Source: the human T2T-CHM13v2.0 reference genome, Homo sapiens
Length of the DNA stretch: 64,000 nt
NCBI RefSeq assembly: GCF_009914755.1
Contig: NC_060933.1
Reading direction: 5' to 3' (one strand)
A program made the position numbers and the translations under genes. The notes under the pieces were generated by a model. That model was given only the letters and a program-made list of their open reading frames with translations, did no database searches and was not told where the DNA came from. Each line of letters starts with the position of its first letter. The stretch's first letter is position 1. Below are positions 14,301-28,500 of this stretch, piece by piece.

Positions 14301-15743
14301 ACCTGGGCGATCAGTGGAGATATCTGTCACATTCCCCTTTAGGCGCAGCTTAGACAAGCGTTACATCAGATGGGTGATCAGTGCAGACATATGTCACTGT
14401 GCCCCCATAGGCTGATCCAAGACAAGAGTCCATCACCTGGCTGATCAGTGAAGAAATATGCCACAATGCCGCCAGTGGGCATATATAGACAAGTATTACA
14501 TCACCTGTGTGATCACTTCAGAGATATGTCAAAATGCCCATGTAGGCAGAGCCTAGACAAGAGTCTCATCACCTGGGTGATCAGTGCAGAGTTATGTCAC
14601 AATGCCTCCTTTTGGCAGAGCCTAGACAAAGGTTACATCACCTGGGAGATCAGGGCAGAGATATGTCACAATGCCACCTGTAAGCAGATCCCAGACACTA
14701 GTTGCATAACCTCGGTGATCAGTGCAGAGATATGTCTCCAAACACCCTGTCGGCGAAGCCTATACAAGAGTTACATAATATCGGTGATCGGTGCAGTGAT
14801 ATGTTAACATGCCCCTGTAGGCAGAGGCTAGGCAAGAGTTACATCACCTGGGTGATCAGTGCAGAGATATCTCACAATAACCCTGTAAGCAGAGCCAAGA
14901 CAAGAGTTACATCACCTGCGAGATAAGTGCAGAGATATGTCATAAATCTCACAGAAGACAAAGCCTAGACAAGTTTTACATCACCTCAGCGAGCGGTAGA
15001 GGGATAGTTCCCAATGTCCCTCTAGGCAGAGCTTAGACAAGAGTCACATGTCCTGGGTGATCAGTGCAGAGATAAGTAACAATGCCTCCATAGGCAGAGC
15101 CTAGACAAGTGTTACATAACCCAGGTGACCCGTGAAGAGTGATGTCACAACGCCCTCTGTAGGCACACAATAGAAAGTGTTACATCACCTGGGTGATCAG
15201 TGCAGAGATATGTCACAATGCGCCCTGTAGTCAGAGCATACAGAAGAGTTGCATCACCTGGGTAATCAGTGCAGAGATATGTCACCATTTCCCCTGTAGT
15301 CAGAGCCTAGAGAAGCGTTGCATCACCTGGGTGATCATTGCAGAGATATGTCACAATGTCCTCTGTAGGCAAAGCCTAGGCAAGGGTTACATCACGTTTG
15401 TCATCAGTTCAGGGATATGTGAAAACGCCCCTGGAGGCAGGGCCTAGACAACAGCTATATCCCCTAATGATCAGTGCAGAGATATTTCACAATACTCCTG
15501 TAGGCAGTTCCTAGACAAGAGTTGAATCACCTGGGTGATCAGTGCAGAGATAAGTCACAAATCTCCTGTAGGCAGAACTTAGATGAGTTACATCACTTGG
15601 GTGATCAGTGCAAAGCTATGTCACAAAGCCCCCTGTATGCAAAGCCTAGACAATATTTACATCACTTACTTGGGTGACCTGTGGCGAGATCTCTCACAAT
15701 CCCCCTGTAGGAAGAGCTTATACAACAGTTACATCACCTGAGT

Positions 15744-18267
15744 GATCAGTGCAGAGGTATGTCACAATGACCCCATAGGCAGACCCAAGACAAGAGTCCG
15801 TCACCTGGGTGATCAGAGCAGAGATATGTGAGAATTCCCGTGTAGGCAGAGCCTCGACAAGTGTTACATAACCTAGGTTATCAGTGCCACTATAAATCAT
15901 AAAGTATCCTGTAGGCAGAGCAAAGACAAGTGTACCCTCCCCAGAGTGATCAGTGCAGAGAGGTGTCACAAAGCCCATGTAGGCAGAGCCTAGACAAGAG
16001 TTTCATCACTTGGTTGATCAGTTCAGAGAAGTGTCAAAATGTCCATGTAGGCAGATCTAAGACAAGAGTCCATCACCTGGGTGATCAGTGAAGGGATATG
16101 AACTAATGTCCCTTGTAGTCAGTGCCTAGACAAGAGTTGCCTCACGTCAGAGTTCAGTGCAGAGATATGTCACAAAGTCTTCTGTAGGCAAAGCCCATAC
16201 AAGGCTTATATCACCTAGGTGATCAATACAGTGATATGTCACAAAAGTCCCTGTAAACAGAGGCTAGAAAAGAGTTACATCACCTGGTTGTTCAGTGCAG
16301 ATATTTGACACAATGCCCCCATAGACAGAACCTAGACAGGACTTCCATCACCTGGGTGATCAGTGCAGAGATATGTCACAAATCCCCCTGTGGGCAGAGT
16401 ATAGAGAAGAGTCCCATCACCTGGGTGATCAGTGCAGTGATATTTCACAAAGCCCCTGTAGGCAGAGTGGTCAAGAGTTACAAAACCTAGGTGATCTGTG
16501 TAGAGCTATGTGAAAACGCCCCTGTAGGCAGAGCCCAGATAAATGTTACATCTCCTGGGAGATCAGTGCAGAGATACGTCACAATACCCCCTGTAGGTGG
16601 AGCCTAGACAAGAGTTAGATCACCTGGGTGATCAGTGCAGAGATACGTCACAATAACCCCTGTAGGTGGAGCCTAGACAAGAGTTACATCACCTGGGTGA
16701 TCAGTACAGAAATATGTCACAAAGCTCCTGTAGGCCAAGCCTAGACAAGGATTACATCTCCTGGGTGATCAGTGCAGAAATATGTCACAAAGCCCTGTAG
16801 GCCGAGCCAAGACAAGAGTTACATCTCCTGGGTGATCAGTGCAAAGATATGTCACAAAGCCCCCTGCGGACATATCCCAGAAAATTGGTACCTCACCTGG
16901 GCGATCAGTGGAGATATCTGTCTCAATCCCCTTTAGGCGCAGCTTAGACAAGCGTTATATCAGATGGGTGATCAGTGCAGACATATGTCACTGTGCCCCC
17001 ATAGGCTGATCCAAGACAAGTGTCCATCACCTGGCTGATCAGTGAAGAAATATGCCACAATGCCGCCAGTGGGCAGATATAGACAATTATTACATCACCT
17101 GTGTGATCACTTCAGAGATATGTCCAAATGATCCTGTAGGCAGAGCCTAGACAAGAGTCTCATCACCTGGGTGATCAGTGCAGAGTTATGTCACAATGCC
17201 TCCTTTTGGCAGAGCCTAGAGGAAGGTTACATCACCTGGGAGATCAGGCAGAGATATGTCACAATGCCACCTGTAAGCAGATCCCAGACACTAGTTGCAT
17301 AACCTCGGTGATCAGTGCAGAGATATGTCTCCAAACAACCTGTCGGCGAAGCCTATACAAGAGTTACATAATATCGGTGATCGCTGCAGTGATATGTTAA
17401 CATGCCCCTATAGGCAGAGGCTAGGCAAGAGTTACATCACCTGGGTGATCAGTGCAGAGATATCTCACAATAACCCTGTAAGCAGAGCCAAGACAAGAGT
17501 TACATCACCTGCGAGATAAGTGCAGAGATATGTCATAAATCTCACAGAAGGCAAAGCCTAGACAAGTTTTACATCACCTCAGCGAGCAGTACAGGGATAG
17601 TTCCCAATGTCCCTCTAGGCAGAGCTTAGACAAGAGTCACATGTCCTGGGTGATCAGTGCAGAGATAAGTAACAATGCCTCCATAGGCAGAGCCTAGTCA
17701 AGTGTTACATAACCCAGGTGACCCGTGCAGAGTTATGTCACAACGCCCTCTGTAGGCACACACTATAAAGTGTTACATCACCTGGGTGATCAGTGCAGAG
17801 ATATGTCACAATGCGCCCTGTAGTCAGAGCATAGAGAAGCGTTGCATCACCTGGGTGATCATTGCAGAGATATGTCACAATGTCCCCTGTAGGCAAAGCC
17901 TAGGCAAGGGTTACATCACGTTTGTCATCAGTTCAGGGATATGTGAAAACGCCCCTGGAGGCAGGGCCTAGACAACAGCTATATCCCCTAATGATCAGTG
18001 CAGAGATATTTCACAATACTCCTGTAGGCAGTTCCTAGACAAGAGTTGAATCACATGGGTGATCAGTGCAGAGATATGTCACAAATCTCCTGTAGGCAGA
18101 ACTTAGATGAGTTACATCACTTGGGTGATCATTGCAAAGGTATGTCACAAAGCCCCCTGTATGCAAAGCCTAGACAATATTTACATCACTTACTTGGGTG
18201 ACCTTTGGCGAGATCTCTCACAATTCCCCTGTAGGCAGAGCTTATACAACAGTTACATCACCTGAGT
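15744..18267 (+). repeat. Variant HOR, 37 monomers (2524 bp); m31/m32 fused at about 17820
   Basis: ATGCGCCCTGTAGTCAGAGCATAGAGAAGCGTTGC joins the m31 start to the m32 end (-69 bp). There is also a 1-bp deletion at about 17247. Confidence 0.88.
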
Positions 18268-21200
18268 GATCAGTGCAGAGGTATGTTACAATGCCCCCAT
18301 AGGCAGACCCAAGACAAGGGTCCGTGACCTGGGTGATCAGAGCAGAGATATGTGAGAATTCCCGTGTAGGCAGAGCCTCGACAAGTGTTACATAACCTAG
18401 GTTATCAGTGCCACTATAAATCATAAAGAATCCTGTAGGCACAGCATAGACAAGAGTACCCTCCCCACAGTGATCAGTGCAGAGAGGTGTCACAAAGCCC
18501 ATGTAGGCAGAGCCTAGACAAGAGTTTCATCACTTGGTTGATCAGTTCAGAGATGTGTCAAAATGTCCATGTAGGCAGTTCTAAGACAAGTGTCCATCAC
18601 CAGGGTGATCAGTGAAGGGATATGTACTAATGTCCCATGTAGTCAGTGCCTAGACAACAGTTGCCTCACGTCAGAGATCTGTGCAGAGATATGTCACAAA
18701 GCCTTCTGTAGGCAAAGCCCATACAAGGCTTACATCACCTAGGTGATCAATACAGTGATATGTCACAAAAGTCCCTGTAAACAGAGGCTAGAAAAGAGTT
18801 ACATCACCTGGTTGTTCAGTGCAGATATTTGACACAATGCCCCCATAGACAGAACCTAGACAGGACTTCCATCAAAAGGGTGATCAGTGCAGAGATATGT
18901 CACAAATCCCTCTGTAGGCAGAGTATAGGGAATAGTCCCATCACCTGGGTTATCAGTGCAGTGATATTTCACAAAGCCCCTGTAGGCAGAGTGGTCAAGA
19001 GTTACATAACCTAGGTGATCTGTGCAGAGGTATGTCAAAACGCCCCTGTAGGCAGATCCCAGATAAATGTTACATCACCTGGGAGATCAGTGCAGAGATA
19101 CGTCACAATACCCCCTGTAGGTGGAGCCTAGACAAGAGTTAGATCACCTGGGTGATCAGTGCAGAGATACGTCACAATAACCCCTGTAGGTGGAGCCTAG
19201 ACAAGAGTTACATCACCTGGGTGATCAGTACAGAAATATGTCACAAAGCCCCTGTAGGCCGAGCCTAGACAAGGATTACATCTCCTGGGTGATCAGTGGA
19301 GAAATATGTCACAAAGCCCTGTAGGCCGAGCCAAGACAAGAGTTACATCTCCTGGGTGATCAGTGCAATGATATGTCACAAAGCCCCCTACAGACATATC
19401 CCAGAAAATTGGTACATCACCTGGGCGATCAGTGGAGATATCTGTCACAATCCCCTTTAGGCGCAGCTAAGACAAGCGTTACATCAGATGAGTGATCAGT
19501 GCAGACATATGTCACTGTGCCCCCATAGTCTGATCTAAGACAAGAGTCCATCACCTGGCTGATCAGTGCAGAAATATGCCACAATGCCGCCAGCGGGCAG
19601 ATATAGACAAGTATTACATCACCTGTGTGATCACTTCAGAGATATGTCAAAATGCCCCTGTAGGCAGCGCCTAGACAAGAGTCTCAACACCTGGGTGATC
19701 AGTGCAGAGTTATGTCACAATGCCTCCTTTTGACAGAGCCTAGACCAAGGTTACATCACCTGGGAGATCAGGGCAGAGATATGTCACAATGCCACCTGTA
19801 AGCAGATCCCAGACACTAGTTGCATAACCTCGGTGATCAGTGCAGAGGTATGTCTCAAAACACCCTGTCGGCGAAGCCTCTACAAAAGTTACATAATATC
19901 GGTGATCGGTGCAGTGATATGTTAACATGCCCCTGTAGGCAGAGGCTAGAGAAGAGTTACATCACCTGGGTGATCAGTTCAGAGATATCTCACAATAACC
20001 CTGTAAGCAGAGCCAAGACAAGAGTTACATCACCTGCGAGATAAGTGCAGAGATATGTCATAAGTCTCACAGAAGGCAAAGCCTAGAAAAGTTTTACATC
20101 ACCTCAGCGAGCAGTACAGGGATAGTTCCCAATGTCCCTCTAGGGAGAGCTTAGACAAGAGTCACATGTCCTGGGTGATCAGTGGAGACATAAGTAACAA
20201 TGCATCCATAGGCAGAGCCTAGACAAGTGTTACATAACCCAGTTGACCCGTGCAGAGTGATGTCACAACGCCCTCTGTAGGTACAGACTAGAAAGTGTTA
20301 CATCACCTGGGTGATCAGTGCAGAGATATGTCAAAAGGCGCCCTGTAGGCAGAGCATAGAGAAGAGTTGCATCACCTGGGTAATCAGTGCAGAGATATGT
20401 CACCATTTCCTCTGTAGTCAGAGCATAGAGAAGCGTTGCATCACCTGGGTGATCATTGCAGAGATATGTCACAATGTCCCCTGTAGGCAAAGCCTAGGCA
20501 AGGGTTATATCACGTTTGTCATCAGTTCAGGGATATGTGAAAACGCCCCTGGAGGCAGGGCCTAGACAACAGTTATATCCCCTAATGATCAGTGCAGAGA
20601 TATTTCACAATACTCCTGTAGGCCGATCCTAGACAAGAGTTGAATCACCTGGGTCATCAGTGCAGAGATATGTCACAAAGCTCCTGTAGGCAGAACTTAG
20701 ATGAGTTACATCACTTGGGTGATCAGTGCAAAGCTATGTCACAAAGCCCCCGTATGCAAAGCCTAGACAATATTTACATCACTTACTTGGGTGACCTGTG
20801 GCGAGATCTCTCACAATTCCCCTGTAGGCAGAGCTTATACAACAGTTACATCACCTGAGTGATCAGTGCAGAGGTATGTTACAATGCCCCCATAGGCAGA
20901 CCCAAGACAAGAGTCCGTGACCTTGGTGATCAGAGCAGAGATATGTGAGAATTCCCGTGTAGGCAGAGCCTCGACAAGTGTTACATAACCTAGGTTATCA
21001 GTGCCACTATAAATCATAAAGAATCCTGTAGGCACAGCATAGACAAGAGTACCCTCCCCAGAGTGATCATTGCAGAGAGGTGTCACAAAGCCCATGTAGG
21101 CAGAGCCTAGACAAGAGTTTCATCACTTGGTTGATCAGTTCAGAGATGTGTCAAAATGTCCATTTAGGCAGATCTAAGACAAGTGTCCATCACCTGGGTG

Positions 21201-23454
21201 ATCAGTGAAGGTTTATGTACTAATGTCCCATGTAGTCAGTGCCTAGACAAGAGTTGCCTCACGTCAGAGATCAGTGCAGAGATATGTCACAAAGCCTTCT
21301 GTAGGCAAAACCCATACAAGGCTTACATCACCTAGGTGATCAATACAGTGATATGTCACAAAAGTCCCTGTAAACAGAGTCTAGAAAAGAGTTACATCAC
21401 CTGGTTGTTCAGTGCAGATATTTGACACAATGCCCCCATAGACAGAACCTTAACAAGACTTCAATCACCTGGGTGATCAGTGCAGAGATATGTCACAAAT
21501 CCCCCTGTAGGCAGAGTATAGAGAAGAGTCCCATCACCTAGGAGATCAGTGCAGTGATATTTCACAAAGCCCCTGTAGGCAGAGTGGTCAAGAGTTACAT
21601 AAACTAGGTGATCTGTGCAGAGCTATGTCAAAACGCCCCTGTAGGCAGTGCCCAGATAAATGTTACATCACCTGGGAGATCAGTGCAGAGATACGTCACA
21701 ATACCCCCTGTAGGTGGAGCCTAGACAAGAGTTAGATCACCTGGGTGATCAGTGCAGAGATACGTCACAATAACCCCTGTAGGTGGAGCCTAGACAAGAG
21801 TTACATCACCTGGGTGATCAGTACAGAAATATGTCACAAAGCCCCTGTAGGCCAAGCCTAGACAAGGATTACATCTCCTGGGTGATCAGTGCAGAAATAT
21901 GTGACAAAGCCCTGTAGGCCGAGCCAAGACAAGAGTTACATCTCCTGGGTGATCAGTGCAATGATATGTCACAAAGCCCCCTACAGACATATCCCAGAAA
22001 ATTGGTACATCACCTGGGTGATCAGTGGAGATATCTGTCACAATCCCCTTTAGGCGCAGCTTAGACAAGCGTTACATCAGATGAGTGATCAGTGCAGACA
22101 TATGTCACTGTGCCCCCATAGGCTGATCCAAGACAAGAGTCCATCACCTGGCTGATCAGTGCAGAAATATGCCACAAAGCCGCCAGCGGGCAGTTATAGA
22201 CAAGTATTACATCACCTGTGTGATCACTTCAGAGATATGTCAAAATGTCCCTGTAGGCAGCGCCTAGACAAGAGTCTCAACACCTGGGTGATCAGTGCAG
22301 AGTTGTGTCACAATGCCTCCTTTTGGCAGAGCCTAGACAAAGGTTACATCACCTGGGAGATCAGGGCAGAGATATGTCACAATGCCACCTGTAAGCAGAT
22401 CCCAGACACTAGTTGCATAACCTCGGTGATCAGTGCAGAGATATGTCTCAAAACACCCTGTCGGCGAAGCCTATACAAAAGTTACATAATATCGGTGATC
22501 TGTGCAGTGATATTTTAACATGCCCCTGTAGGCAGAGGCTAGAGAAGAGTTACATCACCTGGGTGATCAGTGCAGAGATATCTCACAATAACCCTGTAAG
22601 CAGAGCCAAGACAAGAGTTACATCACCTGCGAGATAAGTGCAGAGATATGTCATAAATCTCACAGAAGGCAAAGCCTAGACAAGTTTTACATCACCTCAG
22701 CGAGCAGTACAGGGATAGTTCCCAATGTCCCTCTAGGCAGAGCTTAGACAAGAGTCACATGTCCTGGGTGATCAGTGCAGACATAAGTAACAATGCATCC
22801 ATAGGCAGAGCCTAGACAAGTGATACATAACCCAGGTGACCCGTGCAGAGTGATGTCACAACGCCCTCTGAAGGCACAGACTAGAAAGTGTTACATCACC
22901 TGGGTGATCAGTGCAGAGATATGTCACAAGGCGCCCTGTAGGCAGAGCATAGAGAAGAGTTGCATCACCTGGGTAATCAGTGCAGAGATATGTCACCATT
23001 TCCCCTGTAGTCAGAGCATAGAGAAGCGTTGCATCACCTGGGTGATCATTGCAGAGATATGTCACAATGTCCCCTGTAGGCAAAGCCTAGGCAAGGGTTA
23101 CATCACGTTTGTCATCAGTTCAGGGATATGTGAAAACGCCCCTGGAGGCAGGGCCTAGACAACAGTTATATCCCCTAATGATCAGTGCAGAGATATTTCA
23201 CAATACTCCTGTAGGCCGATCCTAGACAACAATTGAATCACCTGGGTCATCAGTGCAGAGATATGTCACAAAGCTCCTGTAGGCAGAACTTAGAAGAGTT
23301 ACATCACTTGGGTGATCAGTGCAAAGCTATGTCACAAAGCCCCCTGTATGCAAAGCCTAGACAATATTTACATCACTTACTTGGGTGACCTGTGGCGAGA
23401 TCTCTCACAATTCCCCTGTAGGCAGAGCTTATACAACAGTTACATCACCTGAGT

Positions 23455-25571
23455 GATCAGTGCAGAGGTATGTTACAATGCCCCCATAGGCAGACCCACG
23501 ACAAGAGTACGCGACCTGGGTGATCAGAGCAGAGATATGTGAGAATTCCCGTGTAGGCAGAGCCTCGACAAGTGTTACATAACCTAGGTTATCAGTGCCA
23601 CTATAAATCATAAAGAATCCTGTAGGCACAGCATAGACAAGAGTACCCTCCCCACAGTGATCAGTGCAGAGAGGTGTCACAAAGCCCATGTAGGCAGAGC
23701 CTAGACAAGAGTTTCATCACTTGGTTGATCAGTTCAGAGATGTGTCAAAATGTCCATGTAGGCAGTTCTAAGACAAGTGTCCATCACCAGGGTGATCAGT
23801 GAAGGGATATGTACTAATGTCCCATGTAGTCACTGCCTAGACAAGAGTTGCCTCACGTCAGAGATCAGTGCAGAGATATGTCACAAAGCCTTCTGTAGGC
23901 AAAGCCCATAAAAGGCTTACATCACCTAGGTGATCAATACAGTGATATGTCACAAAAGTCCCTGTAAACAGAGGCTAGAAAAGAGTTACATCACCTGGTT
24001 GTTCAGTGCAAATGTTTGACACAATGCCCCCATAGACAGAACCTAGACAGGACTTCCATCACCTGGGTGATCAGTGCAGAGATATGTCACAAATCCCCCT
24101 GTAGGCAGAGTATAGGGAAGAGTCCCATCACCTGGGTTATCAGTGCAGTGATATTTCACAAAGCCCCTGTAGGCAGAGTGGTCAAGAGTTACATAACCAA
24201 GGTGATCTGTGCAGAGCTATGTCAAAACGCCCCTGTAGGCAGAGCCCAGATAAATGTTACATCACCTGGGAGATCAGTGCAGAGATACGTCACAATAACC
24301 CCTGTAGGTGGAGCCTAGACAAGAGTTACATCACCTGGGTGATGAGTACAGAAATATGTCACAAAGCCCCTGTAGGCCAAGCCTAGACAAGGATTGCATC
24401 TCCTGGGTGATCAGGGCAGAAATATGTCACAAAGCCCTGTAGGCCGAGCCAAGACAAGAGTTACATCTCCTGGGTGATCAGTGCAATGATATGTCACAAA
24501 GCCCCCTGCAGACATATCCCAGAAAATTGGTACATCACCTGGGCGATCAGTGGAGATATCTGTCAAAATACCATTTAGGCGCAGCTTAGACAAGCGTTAC
24601 ATCAGATGAGTGATCAGTGCAGACATATGTCACTGTGCCCCCATAGGCTGATCCAAGACAATAGTCCATCACCTGGCTGATCAGTGCAGAAATATGCCAC
24701 AATGCCGCCAGTGGGCAGATATAGACAAGTATTACATCACCTGTGTGATCACTTCAGAGATATATCAAAATGCCCCTGTAGGCAGAGCCTAGAAAAGAGT
24801 CTCAACACCTGGGTGATCAGTGCAGAGTTATGTCACAATGCCTCCTTTTTGCAGAGCCTAGACAAAAGTTACATCACCTGGGAGATCAGGGCAGAGATAT
24901 GTCACAATGCAACCTGTAAGCAGATCGCAGACTCTAGTTGCATAACCTCGGTGATCAGTGCAGAGATATGTCTCCAAACACCCTGTCGGCGAAGCCTATA
25001 CAATAGTTACATAATATCGGTGATCGGTGCAGTGATATGTTAACATGCCCCTGTAGGCAGAGGCTAGAGAAGAGTTACATCACCTGGGTGATCAGTGCAG
25101 AGATATCTCACAATAACCCTGTAAGCAGAGCCAAGACAAGAGTTACATCACCTGCGAGATAAGTGCAGAGATATGTCATAAATCTCACAGAAGGCAAAGC
25201 CTAGACAAGTTTTACATCACCTCAGCGAGCAGTACAAGGTTAGTTCCCAATGTCCCTCTAGGCAGAGCTTAGACAAGGGTCACATGTCCTGGGTGATCAG
25301 TGCAGAGATAAGTAACAATACCTCCATAGGCAGAACCTAGACAAGTGTTACATAACCCAGGTGACCCGTGCAGAGTGACGTCACAACGCCCTCTGTAGGC
25401 ACAGACTAGAAAGTGTTACATCACCTGGGTGATTAGTGGAAAGTTATGTCACAAAGCCCCCTGTATGCAAAGCCTAGACAATATTTACATCCCTTTCTTG
25501 GGTGACCTGTGGCGAGATCTCTCACAATTCCCCTGTAGGCAGAGCTTATTCAACAGTTACATCACCTGAGT
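23455..25571 (+). repeat. Variant HOR, 31 monomers (2117 bp); one of m13/m14 lost at about 24290 and m31-m36 lost at about 25430
   Basis: Only one GATACGTCACAATA monomer is present (-69). m30 (ACTAGAAAGTG) is followed by m37 (CCCCCTGTATGC) (-408). 2594-477 = 2117. Confidence 0.9.
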
Positions 25572-28500
25572 GATCAGTGCAGAGGTATGTCACAATTCCC
25601 CCATAGGCAGACCCAAGACAAGAGTCCGTCACCTGGGTGATCAGAGCAGAGATATGTGAGAATTCCCGTGTAGGCAGAGCCTCGACAAGTGTTACATAAC
25701 CTAGGTTATCAGTGCCACTATAAATCATGAAGAATCCTGTAGGCAGAGCATAGACAAGAGTACCCTCCCCACAGTGATCAGTGCAGAGATGTGTCACAAA
25801 GCCCATGTAGGCAGAGCCTAGACAAGAGTTTCATCACTTGGTTGATCAGTTCAGACATGTGTCAAAATGTCCATGTAGGCAGATCTAAGCAAGAGTCCAT
25901 CTCCTGGGTGATCAGTGAAGGGTTATGTACTAATGTCCCATGTAGTCAGTGCCTAGGCAAGAGTTGCCTCACGTCAGAGATCAGTGTAGAGATATGTCAC
26001 AAAGCCTTCTGTAGGCAAAGCCCATACAAGGCTTACATCACCTAGGTGATCAATACAGTGATATGTCACAAAAGTCCCTGTAAACAGAGGCTAGAAAAGA
26101 GTTACATCACCTGGTTGTTCAGTGCAGCTATTTGACACAATGCCCCCTTAGACAGAACCTAGACAGGACTTCCATCACCTGGGTGATCAGTGCAGAGATA
26201 TGTCACAAATCCCCCTGTAGGCAGAGTATAGAGAAGAGTCCCATCTCCTGGGTGATCAGTGCAGTGATATTTCACAAAGCCCCTGTAGGCAGAGTGGTCA
26301 AGAGTTACATAACCTAGGTGATCTGTGCAGAGCTATGTCAAAACGCCCCTGTAGGCAGAGCCCAGATAAATGTTTCATCACCTGGGAGATCAGTGCAGAG
26401 TTACGTCACAATACCCAATGTAGGAGAAGCCTAGACAAGAGTTAGATAACCTCGGTGATCAGTGCAGAGATACGTCACAATAACCCCTGTAGGTGGAGCC
26501 TAGACAAGAGTTACATCACCTTGGTGATCAGTACAGAAATATGTCAGAAAGCCCCTGTAGGCCAAGCCTAGACAAAGATTACATCTCCTGGGTGATCAGT
26601 GCAGAAATATGTCTCAAAGCCCTGTAGGCCGAATCAAGACAAGAGTTACATCTCCTGGGTGATCAGTGCAATGATATGTCACAAAGCCCCCTGCAGACAT
26701 ATCCCAGAAAATTGGTACATCCCCTGGGCGATCAGTGGAGATATCTGTCACAATCCCCTTTAGGCGCGGCTTAGACAAGCGTTACATCAGATGAGTGATC
26801 AGTGCAGACATATGTCACTGTGCCCCCATAGGCTGATCCAAGACAAGAGTCCATCACCTGGCTGATCAGTGCAGAAATATGCCACAAAGCCGCCAGTGGG
26901 CAGATATAGACAAGTATTACATCACCTGTGTGATCACTTCAGAGATATGTCAAAATGACCCTGTAGGCAGAGCCTAGACAAGAGTCTCCACACCTGGGTG
27001 ATCAGTGCAGAGTTATGTCACAATGCCTCCTTTTGGCAGAGCCTAGACAAAGGTTACATCACCTGGGAGATCAGGGCAGAGATATGTCACAATGCCACCT
27101 GTAAGCAGATCCCAGACACTAGTTGCATAACCTCGGTGATCAGTGCAGAGATATGTCTCAAAACACCCTGTCGGCGAAGCCTATACAAGAGTTACATAAT
27201 ATCGGTGATCGGTGCAGTGATATGTTATCATGCCACTGTAGGCAGAGGCTAGACAAGAGTTACATCACCTGGGTGATCAGTGCAGAGGTATCTCACAATA
27301 ACCCTGTAAGCAGAGCCAAGACAAGTGTTACATAACCTGCGAGATAAGTGCAGAGATATATCATAAATCTCACAGAAGGCAAAGCCTAGACAAGTTTTAC
27401 ATCACCTCAGCGAGCAGTACAGGGATAGTTCCCAATGTCCCTCTAGGCAGAGCTTAGACAAGAGTCACATGTCCTGGGTGATCAGTGCAGAGATAAGTAA
27501 CAATGCCTCCATAGGCAGAGCCTAGAAAAGTGTTACATAACCCAGGTGACCCGTGCAGACTGATGTCACAACGCCCTCTGTAGGCACAGACTAGAAAGTG
27601 TTACATCACCTGGGTGATCAGTGCAGAGATATGTCAAAATGCGCCCTGTAGGCAGAGCATAGAGAAGAGTTGCATCACCTGTGTAATCAGTGCAGAGATA
27701 TGTCACCATTTCCCCTGTAGTCAGAGCATAGAGAAGCGTTGCATCACCTGGGTGATCATTGCAGAGATATGTCACAATGTCCCCTGTAGGCAAAGCCTAG
27801 GCAAGGGTTACATCACGTTTGTCATCAGTTCAGGGATACGTGAAAACGCCCCTGGAGGCAGGGCCTAGACAACAGTTATATCCCCTAATGATCAGTGCAG
27901 AGATATTTCACAATACTCCTGTAGGCAGATCCTAGACAAGAGTTGAATCACCTTGGTCATCAGTGCAGAGATATGTCACAAAGATCCTGCAGGCAGAACT
28001 TAGATGAGTTACATCACTTGGGTGATTAGTGCAAAGCTCTGTCACAAAGCCCCCTATATGCAAAGCCTAGACAATATTTACATCACTTACTTGGGTGACC
28101 TGTGGCGAGATCTCCCACAATTCCCCTGTAGGCAGAGCTTATACAACAGTTACATCACCTGAGTTACCAGTGCAGAGGTATGTCACAATGCCCCCATAGG
28201 CAGACCCAAGACAAGAGTCCGTCACCTGGGTGATCAGAGCAGAGATATGTGAGAATTCCCGTGTAGGCAGAGCCTCGACAAGTGTTACATAACCTAGGTT
28301 ATCAGTGCCACTATAAATCATAAAGAATCCTGTAGGCAGAGCATAGACAAGAGTACCCTACCCAGAGTGATCAGTGCAGAGAGGTGTCACAAAGCCCATG
28401 TAGGCAGAGCCTAGTGAAGAGTTTCATCACTTGGTTGATCAGTTCAGAGAAGTGTCAAAATGTCCATGTAGGCAGATCTAAGACAAGAGTCCATCACCTG

